DNA of 64,000 nucleotides from NCBI GenBank assembly GCA_040954595.2, contig CM082587.2, positions 3,862,093 through 3,926,092 of the forward strand, in the 5' to 3' direction. The notes under the pieces are model-generated. The model ran no database searches. It was not told the DNA's origin and was given only the letters and a program-made list of their open reading frames with translations. Shown piece after piece: positions 14,305 to 26,477 of the stretch. This stretch comes from Balanoglossus misakiensis (taxonomy: Eukaryota; Animalia; Hemichordata). The translations under genes were made by a program, and so were the position numbers. How positions within the stretch are numbered: position 1 is the stretch's first letter; every line of letters begins with the position of its first letter.

Positions 14305-15341
14305 CTGTGAAAAATAATTATTTACTTGATCAAGTATTTACATATCATTATATTTAACTAAGGCCTCATCAACTTGATCCCAATTGCGAACATCGCCGAT
14401 GTGGATCTGATTGTCTACGAAATTTTCTCAAATATAACTTTAATGCCAGCTAACACTTGGTGCCTTATTTTAGTAATGGAGTTTCAAGAATACAGGAATA
14501 TACTATGTCTGCTGTAGAACATAGTTAAGATGTAAGAGTGGAAAAAAAGTAATGTCTTTTTTAAAGAAAGTAGATATATCCTGATTTAATATGTAAGGCA
14601 CAAAATGTATACAAAAAAATGAGAACTCCTAATGCTGTTAATTTCAAATATATACTAAAATGTCTCATTTACTATGCAGCTTATGTAAAGATGTTACAAA
14701 ACGATATCTTACAATAATGCTGCTCTGCAACTAGGTTTTTGTTTATTAACTTGAACAATTAAAATGATTGTGTGTGAATCTTCTCAAGAACACCATTGTA
14801 TCATCATCCCTATCATGAAGGTTATTGAGATTTATTTAAATTGCCTAACGACTGGAAGTACAGTGTCTCCAACATAAAGTGGATTGTCCATTAAAGGAAA
14901 TATGAGTACTTCTAATTTACACATGAACATATGGCTAGTAGGGAGTGTCCGAATCTTCAAATGCCCAGCCACACTTTTTTTCACATGGCCACCGCCAAAC
15001 ATAAAAATCTGATTGTCAACTTAACAGTCTCACTCGTGCAAATTTAGCAACATGCAGTCACAATGGAAAGTAACTCCATGAAACAGTTTTACATTTCTGG
15101 ATGTGTGCCAAACTCAGGTTGTACCCAGTGGTAAAAATTCTCTGAGTGCACAACAATTCTATAGTAGACCTTTTGGTATACACTTAAGGAATTCACAGTT
15201 ATGTCCAAGTTGTTGGAAGCTTTTGGCACCTACTGTCCTTACCAGCTCATCGAAGGCAGTGTGGAACAGAAGCATATACAGCTTTTTTTCAGATGCTACT
15301 CATTCCTGCGTGATCTGCAATCTGCGGAACACTACACGGTC

Positions 15342-18300
15342 TCAGTTTCGCGGACCTTTCAACAAGTAGAAGTCGTCTTTCTCTTTCCACTGCTTCCAGG
15401 CCTCGCCGCCGTCTGCGTCGCACGCCGCCGCGTTGCCATGGCACTGCTGGATCCTCTGCCGGCCATCCTCGTCCAAGACCCGGATGTTCTCGATGCGATG
15501 CTCTTCGTCCGTGACCCTGAAACTTTCATCGGCTCTCGGCTGTTTGACCGGAGGGCTGAGTGGTCCTTTCAGGTAGAAGGTGTCATCGTGGTCCTTGGAT
15601 TTCCACTCCTTCCAGACGGTCGTGTCAGCTTCATTTTGCTTCTTCTTGTCTCGCGTCAATCCCCGTTCTTTCAAGTCCGTCTCCAGATGCCCCTGAATGT
15701 AACAACATCATATCATCAGCTGACGCTTGAAAGTTGGTATTTTCCATCAAATGGTTAACAACATTTGCAAACAAACAAATTTACAAACAGCATTACAATG
15801 ACGACCTTTACACATGTATCAAAACTAACGACTGACCAACAAGAGCAGAATGACAACTGTGTGGTTACCTTGACAGCGGCGCCAATATTGCTCAGATCCA
15901 GGAGGAACGTGTCATGGCCATATATGGAGTTGATCTCATAGTAAGTTACCGCTTCATTGCCTGTAAGGAGTAACCAATAGGGACAGAATAAAAATCATGA
16001 ATTGGGTCAATTATGACAGGTACACGATAAGAGAGGTTTTCAACTACGAGTCAATCAACAATTTAACGATGGATTAAACCATGGTGGTTAGAGAGAAGCA
16101 TAATGACCAACTGACCTGTCTCTTTCAAAATATCTGCTATCTCTCTCTGCTGCCAAACGGGAAACAAAATATCTGTCTGTACTCCCAACACCATGATGGG
16201 GCACTTTATCCGGGCAAGTCCAGCATGGAGAGACGGGAAGCCTTCTCCGACATCGAACATGTCCATTGCCTGATTTACGGAAAAAGTTGAGTGAGAGTAA
16301 AAAATATATAGCTGTACAACATGATGAAGTGGGTTCAATAATCGAGCCTGTGGATGGAATTAATTTTATGCCTTGGTGTCAAGTTTGTACGCGTCTCACC
16401 TTTGAGATGTACAGCAGTGAGTTGGGGTCGTACTTGACCGCAAAACTTTCCCCTTGGTAGTCCAGATAGCTCTCGATTAAAAAGTTTGGACACAAACTCG
16501 CTTCTCCTTTCGGGTTGATTTTCTTCCGGCCAAATCTGTGCTCCCACTCTGGTCCACTTCTGTAGCTGATCGTCGCAATCTCCCTGAAGGAACAGAATAT
16601 GTACAAAACAGTGCCACCACAGGCAAAACTACGAGTCCTTTCGTCTTTTTTTTCTTCTTAGGAATCAAAATTTTAAGAAAACATTTTTTTCCAACAAAAG
16701 TATCTGAGCCAGTAATGCACAGTAATGGCCACTAGAAATTTTTTTGAGTAACGTCTGGTGTTAACTGTCTCTGCTTTTATGAAGAACCTGACATCAACTT
16801 ACCTGGCCAGTTTCATGCCCATTTTAGGATAAATGCCATCATAATAATGCCCTTTGTTCCAGTTTGGATCTGACATAATGCAACGTCTTTGTAAATATCG
16901 CAGAGCGATGGACGACGGATGCGAGTGAGCACAACCCGATATGGAAATCACTCTGCAGAAAAAAAGAAGGCATTAAACTATTCACCAAACATGATCACCG
17001 TAGCAACAAGATTATGCGGTTATATTAAATTACACATGGAGCAAAATTTCAGTTTGTTTGCATTATATTATACATGAGGGCGTCACTCAATTCACCTTCA
17101 GAAAAAAATCTCACCTGCTGACCCTGTCTTGATTGAGAACTGGTGTCATCAAAGATGCCATTCCACCCAAGGATGCGCCAACTGAAGCATGCAACTTCAA
17201 CAAAAAAAAGACAAAATATGAGTTGCTAGGGGCCTTGAAACAGGGTGGGTGATATTGTGAACATCATATGAAGTAGAACAGTGGAAACACTTACCTTGTC
17301 AATACCTAGATGATCTAGGAGCAGAAACTGTACTTTGACCATATCTTCCACTGTTATTATTGGAAATGTCGTACAATACTGTTTGCCTGTTAATGGATTG
17401 ATAGATGACGGACCCCTTGAAAAAAAAAATGGTGAATTTATTTTTAAATGTTTATTTTTTTTTTTATTATTATTATTACGGATGAAAGGGATAACAAAAT
17501 AAGTCCACATATTACTTAACCCTTTCACAATGATTTCCTAGACGCTAGAAATACTTACGTGGTACCGTAGCAACCGCCAAGATTATTCGTACAAATTACA
17601 AAGAATTTGTCTGTGTCTACTGCGCAACCTGGACCAATAAATTTTTCCCACCAACCTGGACTTCTATTGTCCTGCAAAAATCACAAAATGTAGAACCCCA
17701 AATATTATCATTCATTAATATCATCATGTGGTTACCATAGTAAATGGTAGTCAATATGTATTTAAATGACTGACTGACTGATTGATGAGCTGACTGATTG
17801 AAATCTTCAAGCAAGTGATACCTCTGCTTTTCTGTGGCAAAACCATATGAGCGAAGAGAAAAATGAAAAACCAACCTCGTGACTTCTAGCATGTGAGCTC
17901 GCCGATAAACCGGACTGAACAAGAACCGCATTGTCTCTGTTGGCGTTCAATTCTCCCCAGGTTTCATAGGCGATGTCCAGTTCTGGAAGAATCCCCTTGT
18001 TGTACTTTAAATGGAATGGTTTCTGGTACTTGAAAGTTTTAAATCCAGACACAACCTTCTGGTAGGCAGGCTCGGGGCCGGAAGAATCACTGAAATAGAA
18101 ATAAAATGGATGTATTATTATCAGAGAAAAATAAAAAAAATTATAGTTCACAAGTCGAGACAACTTTCTTTGAAGATGGGATATTGGTACAAGATAAAAC
18201 TTGCCATAGAGGGCGCTGATCAGGGTGTTGACCCTTTCATCATCGTTGAGCCCCCCACCCCCCCCCCCCACCCCCATTTAAACTAGCCCTCTAGGTATGT

Positions 18301-20516
18301 CCTTTAAAACTTCCTGAATACAAACTCATCCTTTTAAATTTTGACCTTCAGACTCCATGTACGATTGTCTGCACTGACATGCATGCACGCACTTTGACAG
18401 TGATGTACTGAGCTCCGAAGCAGGCCATGACGCAAACAAGCAAATTCCGCGTGAACCCTAGTTGAGCTGCTTGTAAACAAGTCAAGGCTCCTGTCATTGG
18501 CTTAGAGAGCCAGAATAGATTGTACTCAATGCCAGTACATACTGTGAATGAAATTAAGAGGTTTTTTTCCAACTGCACTGATTACCAATAAAAATAAATA
18601 TAATGATGATAATAATAATAGTAAATTTATATGCCAATTTATCCTATATGGAAACTGTCAACATTATTATTGTTGTTGTTAATGCTGCTGCTGCTGTTGT
18701 TGTTGTTGTAAGATTGCCACTAGTCACTGGCAGGACAGACACTTTGCAGACAGGACAAAGGTTGTCCTCCTGGCTTGTCCTCTCCATGTATCTCACCGGA
18801 GATGATGCAACACTTCGAAGGGACAAAGGTGAACATCCATAGCGTGAAGCAGATGCAAGAGACATGTTGAATAGCTGGGTCAGTTTTTTTCTGTCAAGGC
18901 CACCATCTGTACTGTATGTAGGCCACAGAGGATGTTGGTGTGCGTGAAAAGACTGATCAATTGAGTGCCATACAGTTATGCCCATGGTAATTTATAAATT
19001 TGCAATTGAGATGCGGGGACCAGTGTTTACATGTACTGAAAGTGTCTGTTTCAACACGTTTACTTATAAAGGACCATAATTGTTCAACAAATTTAAATGG
19101 AAATTTTGTGATAATGATCATTTCAAATCATATGTTACTAGTAAACTTGTACTTTGCGGGATCGAACTTGAGTGTCCGTACCATGCTCGATTCATGTTGC
19201 AAGAAAGTTAAATATTAAACTCTGCAATTGTTGTGTAAATTATCACCAAGGACACCATTGCACACGTGTAAGGAACCATTCCTCAATTGGTCTGACCCCA
19301 AGAGTCCAGTGCATAGCACGTAGCGCCCCGGTCAATCACGTGTTATTCCAAGCAGTTTACTGGCCATTAGCAAAACTATATCAGTGACCTAAATGTATTC
19401 AATATCTAACCTTTGGTATGCATTTCTTCAAAAGCTTCCACTCAAGGGCTGGCTATTTCGAAATTCACGTTATCAAATAAGCAGCTGTTATGATTAAAAT
19501 ATCATACTGCACCGATCAGTGTTTATTTGGCTCTTAAAAGTTCAAGATCAAGGATAAAAGTTGGCACTCATTGGACTTTTGGACCCACAGTTTTTCTTTT
19601 GCTTGTGATTAATTAACTGATTTAAATGTAGATGGCCCTTCAACTTGACAGCGTCAGGTTGCCTGCATGAATAAGGCCAATTTTTTGCAAGGTGGTAACA
19701 GGGCAGTCATGGGTTCTTTGCGTGTTAGGATAAGACTTATGATAAGACTCATGCCCCACCCAACTTAATCTGTCAACAGTTATTAGTTTTATTTGATCAG
19801 AACCATTATGAAATTCTATATGCAAATAAATGGGTGACTATGTGCTGCCTCATACTAGTATGATTAATACCAATGATAATTCAAAATACATGTACTACTT
19901 TGACTGTCTTAATTAGTAAGGAAAATTCCCTGCTTATCCATTAATTTCCTATAATTGAATTATCCAATATTTATGTTGAATCAAACAAATGGACTTTTAA
20001 AATTTAAAGTTTAGTTATATTGAACAAAAATGTAAATAAAAAACTAAACTACTAGTGTTAATTGGTGACTGCGTTTAGAATACCCAGGAAAAAGCAAGTC
20101 CATGCAAAAAAAAGTTAATCAGGGACGCAATGAAGTTAGTTACTTGCGCGTTACGCAACTTATGCATGAAACTGACACGTCGTCTTGGAAACGAACATAA
20201 AAGCTTTGTCTATTATTATTCACAGAAATTACCTTCTGAGATGGCATGGGAAAGTGGGATCCAAACCTCGAAACTGTCTTTCCTCTTCCTTGTAATCTGG
20301 AAAGTGGACCTGGGGTAATTGCACTGATTGGGAAGGAGGACTTCCAGATGGACCGAACGCTCCAGCTGATCGGCTTGCATTTCGTACTGCGGCGGCGGTG
20401 GTGACCTGATGGGCCGGTATTGCATCACATTTCACTCCGCTCTCGGCACCACCAACGCTAGCGAGCCTGGTGATGTTTTTCAAAAGCCTTCCGTTGAAAA
20501 CGCGTGAGCTGGCCAT
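15342..20516 (-). CDS. cys2: MetX-family alpha/beta-hydrolase-fold acyltransferase, serine O-succinyltransferase (Cys2)-like, 10 exons, ~580 aa
   Basis: Exons: 20516-20233, 18089-17876, 17671-17559, 17415-17295, 17194-17115, 16952-16803, 16583-16400, 16269-16116, 15960-15869, 15692-15342. All are GT-AG with consistent phases and total 1,743 nt. Motifs: [53 protein letters not shown], nucleophile elbow GASLGG, TDILFP (Asp), YGHDTFL (His). The N-terminus is Arg/Ser-rich and resembles a mitochondrial presequence. Confidence 0.9.
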
Positions 20517-22101
20517 GTCCTTCTCGGGAAATGCAGATCACACCCGAAAAATATTGCAAGTCATATAGAATTCGCTCGAGTATTGTATAAATACAATATA
20601 TACGTCGGCCAATCGCCAAAGGAAACCCCTTTGACCTCTAATCTGGGACGTACCATTTGTTCGCGGGTGTGAACAGCATGCAGTGTGCAGCTCTGGCGTT
20701 CGTGATTGCATGGTGATTGGAACGTGCTAAACATAGGGACCGTCTCACTTTGTCGCATGGCATATTAAAGAGAAGCTTCAAGACCTGAACTGGTATTGGT
20801 AACAACATTCTACACTAGCAACAACAACATTAACAATAACAACAACAACTAATTTGCGAACTCCAATATATTTTTATTTCTTTTTAATATCTAATCGTTC
20901 TAATTTTCAACAACAACAACTTTACGGAGTCCAAATATATTTTTTTTATTTTTGGAGATCAAGCGCCCAGCTGTGATCAGTATCGTAAAAGCGACATAGA
21001 AGGAAAAATTCGTTTCTTGATCACTTATGTGACATAACGAGGTGGTCCCTCATTGTGGAAAAGGGCAAAGTCCGAACCCTTGGGCGAGTCCGGGCGAGAT
21101 GCGGTATTTTTAGATCATGGGGTCAACCAAGCCCCAGCTCTCTGATTGGTCGGTTTCTTCCCTCAAAACACCAGGGATATCATGTGTATGTATGAGTGAT
21201 GTAACCAATGGTTCTTCAGTTCATGAACCGATGAATAACAGCTTACTCTCTCTGGAGGCCAAACTGTACGTGCAATTATGAAACCCCGTTTTTGCGGAGT
21301 CATGACGCATCAGCATCTTGGACTTGGGAGGGGGTCGCTATCTGGTCATGAAAAAAACAACTCACTACTTTGCACCCAATAAAATAATTATTTTAATTGC
21401 ACTTAGCCAAGAGATGTGTAAATAAAAAAAAACATTGGAGTGAGGTTAAAATAAGATTGAAGTTTTTTCAAATGGGTGAATTCTCCTTGAATACAATACT
21501 GACTTGCGTAACACAGATGCTGCAAAAACATATTGAGCAAGAATTGATGTGGAACACTAGAACACCACACCGAAACCCACCAAATATTAAGGCAAACTTA
21601 CTGAGCATCTATCTACACTTTTGTAAATCAACAATTTTAGCCAAACACCCAGGCAGAGACACAGCTTAGTTCTGTATATACCATCATTCCACTGAAAACT
21701 TTCTGGCATGGATTTTTGTAAAATTTGAAATTACTACCCCGAAAACTAGTTACGGGGAAACTGTAGACATTTTACATAGTCAAAAATTCTATAAAAACTA
21801 GCCAGGTCGATACTTCTGAAATTTGGTATATATAAAAGATCAGATATTGGAATGTGTAGCTAAGCCTTAAAGATTTCTTTTTCTGTTGGTTCATGATACT
21901 AGTGGAACTCATAAGGTACATATACTCAGGAAAATATTTTTACATTTCTCGATTGATCAGTATTCAAGAAAAAAAAGACAAAACCTGATTCTAAGAGAAA
22001 CAGAAATACTGCTTGTACAAGAAAGAAGTCCATAAACAATATTTATCATTGAATCATGCATGAATCCACAGGTGTTTTTTTCTCCAAATACTCGAAGTTC
22101 A

Positions 22102-22115
22102 CCTCTAGAGGGCGC
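22102..22115 (+). promoter_or_regulatory. CTCF-like motif
   Basis: CCTCTAGAGGGCGC closely resembles the CTCF core consensus CCASYAGRKGGCRS. Related copies lie at 18,203 and 25,997. Confidence 0.35.
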
Positions 22116-22166
22116 TCACCAATACCGATGGTGTGGTTTTAATACTACATGTACATTGTATTACAT

Positions 22167-24321
22167 TTACAAGTCATCCTTGGGGCCGTTGGTGGCACTG
22201 TTGCCAATGCGGGTGTATTCAGTTTGCTCTTCTGGGTCGTCTGAAAACTGGAGGTGTTGTTGTTGTCTGCGGGCATCTCGAATCGCACTTCCCCTGTGGA
22301 TAGAAAAAACATAGTACGTTTTAAGGATGTATGATCAGTAAAATCGAAAGTACTGTCATTTCATTTATTTGTGGATAATTGGTTTCTCCTTTCATAATAA
22401 AATATAGTGGTCACTGGGCCTGTTTATGAAATACAATGCCAGGAATTTAGTTGATATTTGAGTCAGCATTTTCTTTCACCAGTGGTTTGTCTATGGGCAA
22501 AACGTTTAATGAGGTTTATGTACATGTTGCAAAGCTGTGATTTTCTGATCAATATCCAAGTGAAGAAATATGAAAACGACAAAAAAAATGGATGGAGACT
22601 TATGTACATGTGAATGAAATGGTCACGGTCCTTCGGCAGGCTGTCCGGAACCATCCATCAACATCTTGGATTCCATGGCGAACTGATCTTGTCGCTTTTG
22701 CACGTTGGCAATCCTCACAGCGTCACCTCTACGGGATGGGTATAACAAAAAGGGGATGTGTGATGACAACCAATGGAGTGAGCCGACACACAGCCGACAC
22801 AGGCATTTGGTGCTGATGTGAATGTTACACTGCCTCTGATTGGGTCAAGATAACGTTTGGCAGATTGCTCAAGTTCTGTGCTGTGCCTAAGTGTGGCACT
22901 TTCACTGATCAGCACACCAGGTTCAAATTCTCGCACATCCGCAATAAGCGTGAACATCTATACATGGGGAGTGAAGCTGGTGTATGATAAAATCTCTATT
23001 CTCTGATTCTCAAGATATGTTCTATGTGAAAGGGTATCACCACATCAAGCTAAATACCTACTTTTTACCCACTGCCATCAGGCCGTACAGAACCCCTGTG
23101 ACAAATACAGCACCACACCCAAGGAAACTTGCTAATGATGGGCATATAGCCACTGGAACTATAGCTAATCTGAAAAAAAGAAACAATGTTTTTTTCAATA
23201 CATTTGGCTAAACAGCAGCTGGGGCTGCACAAAGAAATTGCAAGCTTAATGGCTAATTTAATGACACCCCTGCTGAGTAAGGTGTTCCAGTTGGCATCAC
23301 CATGAAAATCTATTGCCTATTATATATCCATAGAAATGTCAGTCTATTTTACTATTTTAAACTTCAAAGGGATCCTTTTCATGGGCATGTCAGTTGCAAA
23401 TGATGTTTTACTTACACAAAATATGCAGCAGCTTTGTGCCAGTAAGGTCGTAGGTCAACCCATTTTGTTACTCTATCTACCAAGTCCAACCATTGGCAAC
23501 ATACTGGTGCTTCTAGTACTACAACTATAAAACCAAGAACCCTGTAAAAAAAATCAATCATTCAACATTGTAATAAATTATGATGAGTTCATCATATTCA
23601 TGGGGTGAACTTTCCAAGAGTCGGTGTGACATACGATTCTCCATACACCTGTAGTGTCATAAAATTTTACCATGCAAGTATTTAATTGAGTCGAATCATG
23701 CTGGTCTAATTCCTACTCAAATTATAGGAACAAATACATGTACAAACTACACTGTACTCACATCATCAGGATACCAGCAACTAAACAAATCGGTGTGAAT
23801 GTGATGCATCTCCATAACCCAAATATCATACACACTGTCAATGGAAACATATAGAGAAAAAGTTTCTCAGAGGGGGAACGGTCACCACATTACACATTAC
23901 ATTGTCAGGGTACAACAGGAAACAAGATGGTTCTTTATACGCATTTCAAAATAAATTTCCACAAACATTTAACTTCTGAGGGATAATAATCAATCTGGCT
24001 TAATCATTGACACTGTGAACGAGTCATTCTGAGTCGCAAGAACTCAGAGCGTCAACCGCAAACAACCCTGTCGCACAAACTTCAGTTCAACATCACACGT
24101 TGCCAAAGACACTGTTCTTCAATTGTCAAATCTCCCTTTTACATACATATCAGCTAAATACACAACTTACAAACGCCTGCTACCGCGCCAATAATCCGTA
24201 CCCCTACACGAAACCACCACGATACTTCTGGATCCGGCTGCACTTGTGTCCTGGTTGCTGCTGCCGTCTCGTCGGGTCCGGGCGAACTTTGGTTGAAATC
24301 TCCTCCGCCTCCGGAATCCAT
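22167..24321 (-). CDS. CACFD1: Calcium channel flower homolog, 5 exons, ~194 aa
   Basis: Exons: 24321-24171, 23834-23762, 23541-23416, 23169-23062, 22293-22167 (585 nt, phases consistent). The translation reads ...VSWWFRVGVRIIGAVAGVLCMIFGLWRCITFTPICLVAGILMMVLGFIVVVLEAPVCCQWLDLVDRVTKWVDLRPYWHKAAAYFVLAIVPVAICPSLASFLGCGAVFVTGVLYGLMAVGKKGSAI... This matches the Flower/CACFD1 hallmarks WW..R, EAPxCCQ and TGVLYGLxAxGKKG. The gene is not captured in the ORF track. Confidence 0.92.
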
Positions 24322-24837
24322 ATTTGGCGGTCACCTATTTCAAATGATCATTCGTGCTTTCTCCTTAACACATACATTAAATTAAATGTTTTGAAACCCG
24401 TTTCACTGCGTCAAAACAGTGTCCATCCAAAACAAATCGTGGTTTCACCGGTACCAGTCGACGTGGAAAGCCTCTGTTTGATTCTATGAACTCTGACCTT
24501 TCCGAATCACTTCGTATCGTTGAGGGCGCAAACATTATAACCACTTATGTTACCAACATTGAGCGTGTAAAATTTTATTTCAAAAACGTTTGTAACGTGT
24601 GAATATAGCGTAAGTGTGTTTGATCATTATGTATGGCTATGTAGAATAACGTCGCAGCTATAATTTATACAAACACTAAATAATGTATAAGCTCAAAAGT
24701 TAATTAATGCGGACTGTTCATGATGAAGTCAAGCTGAAGAGGGCATGTACATATCATTCTCCACAGATACCGTGATGAATTTTATAATGTAAAACATATA
24801 GTTTTATTATCATGGCTTTACTGAAAATGTGACTATG

Positions 24838-26477
24838 TTAAGCACAGTCTACGGCCACACCCTTTCTGTCATATGTATCTGTAGAAAGCACTGACAGCAT
24901 AAAATTAGCCAAATCTTCGCGGGGCATCTTCATATGGCCACCTTCTGTAAACTGACGTACTTCTGCCAGAATTTCCTGACCTGAAAGAAAGGTCAAAATT
25001 TAAAACAATAAACAACTAGTATATATATACATGTAGTTATAAAATGCAGCATACTAGGGTCTATGAATGCAGACAAAACTATGGGTGATGTCCAACAGTC
25101 CGTAGCAAACTAGGGTGCCTCATCTGTTCAAGTCTTCGAGTACTGTCAAATGAGACACGAGTATAGAAGTGTCCACTATCTGTGGGCTGACCTTTCGATG
25201 GTGTTTTCAGCAGTTCTGGTGGGCGTACGATCGTGAAGTTGACATCGTTGTTTTCTTCACTGAACAGGAATTGCTCCATTCTTTCCATATCCGCCAGATA
25301 ACCACGAAGGATAAGGGGTTTTATAACCCACTCCATCATGAAGGGACCAGGATCACCTTGGACAGCTGAAATCAAAGATATTTACCCATATGTATTCATT
25401 TCTACAAATAATGCCAGTAAAAGGTGGTCAGATTTGTGTTGAAGACGTTCAGTTGACGCATCAGCAGAAACCATGGTTATAGAAAACAAATTACTACACC
25501 AAAACAAATTGGGCGCAAAGTGGTCCTTTACTATTAAATAAGTATGACCAGATGGCATGGAATTATAGAACTTACCCGACACACACCATGACGTTATACA
25601 CACAAATCGCCAAACTTCAGCTTTTCGCATAGCAGCTATGATAGGTTGAATTGTTTCCGAATAAAAACTCACGCTACCAAATGGACCAAGATGACGATAT
25701 CCAGTTTCGCCAAGACATGATATGACAGCGTCAACTCCTACAAATTGTGGCACTAAAGATTCTTCAGAATATATATTGGCTTCCACCACCTGATACAGAA
25801 GAAAAATATACAATCGGTGGTGACATACATGTGTGGAGTGACTTCAGTGTAAAGTTATAACACACATCAACTAATAAATTGGACAAAGAATTTATGTATC
25901 ACAATGCCTTTCAGTAAGGTGTACACATGTGGCATATGGCGACACTTGCTTGCATTCAACAGAATACGGTCGATATGGTTCCCTGACCCGTATTCCCCGG
26001 TAGAGGGCGTGAGCAGCGCCAGTGCCTGGTGATACCACGCCCTGTCAACTTCGACATGGCCATGGCCTACTAAATATAACTCGGTAGAAACACTTCCTGG
26101 TTGAATCGTTAACGTACTCGGTCTAAACCCCAACTCAGCCTAATCCCAAGTCTAAAGCCCAACTTCGCCAAAAAAAAACACGTTTTCAGTCCCTCTGTCA
26201 CAGGTTCAGGGGACTGGACTTGTGTGGAGGCGAGGTTCCCGTGCCTTCACACGCCCCCATTGTTGAGGGCCAGGGTAGTCCCAAATTTATACATAGGAGG
26301 TAGGCCAGGCTTATAGCTACTGCTTGACGTACGTAGGCCTACCTGCAAGTTTTCGTGTTCCTGGGTTATCTTAGACTTTGTTCGGACTACAGCAATCACA
26401 CTATGCTCGGCTTGAAGTGCCAGGCGCACCACTTCGTTACCGGTAGCCCCACTGGCTCCCAATACAGCAATCTTCAT
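24838..26477 (-). CDS. BLVRB: Flavin reductase (NADPH)/biliverdin reductase B-like NAD(P)-binding protein, paralogue A, 4 exons, ~221 aa
   Basis: Exons: 26477-26343, 25789-25576, 25365-25192, 24980-24838 (666 nt). Rossmann motif MKIAVLGASGATG, plus DAVISCLG, TIVRPP and REDLANFML. Confidence 0.85.

Noticed and set aside
15103-15758. Plus-strand ORFs of 88 and 185 aa
   Set aside because: Antisense shadows of the acyltransferase last exon and 3' UTR, with no recognisable domain.
18644-18985. Minus-strand ORF in intron 1 as an extra acyltransferase exon
   Set aside because: Exon 1 (phase 2) joins 18,089 directly in frame. The obvious donor at ~18,797 ends in phase 0 and would break the frame.
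20760-21870. Possible transposon or small gene between the acyltransferase start and the flower 3' end
   Set aside because: I could not identify convincing terminal repeats, a target-site duplication or coding similarity by eye; a repeat-library search is needed.
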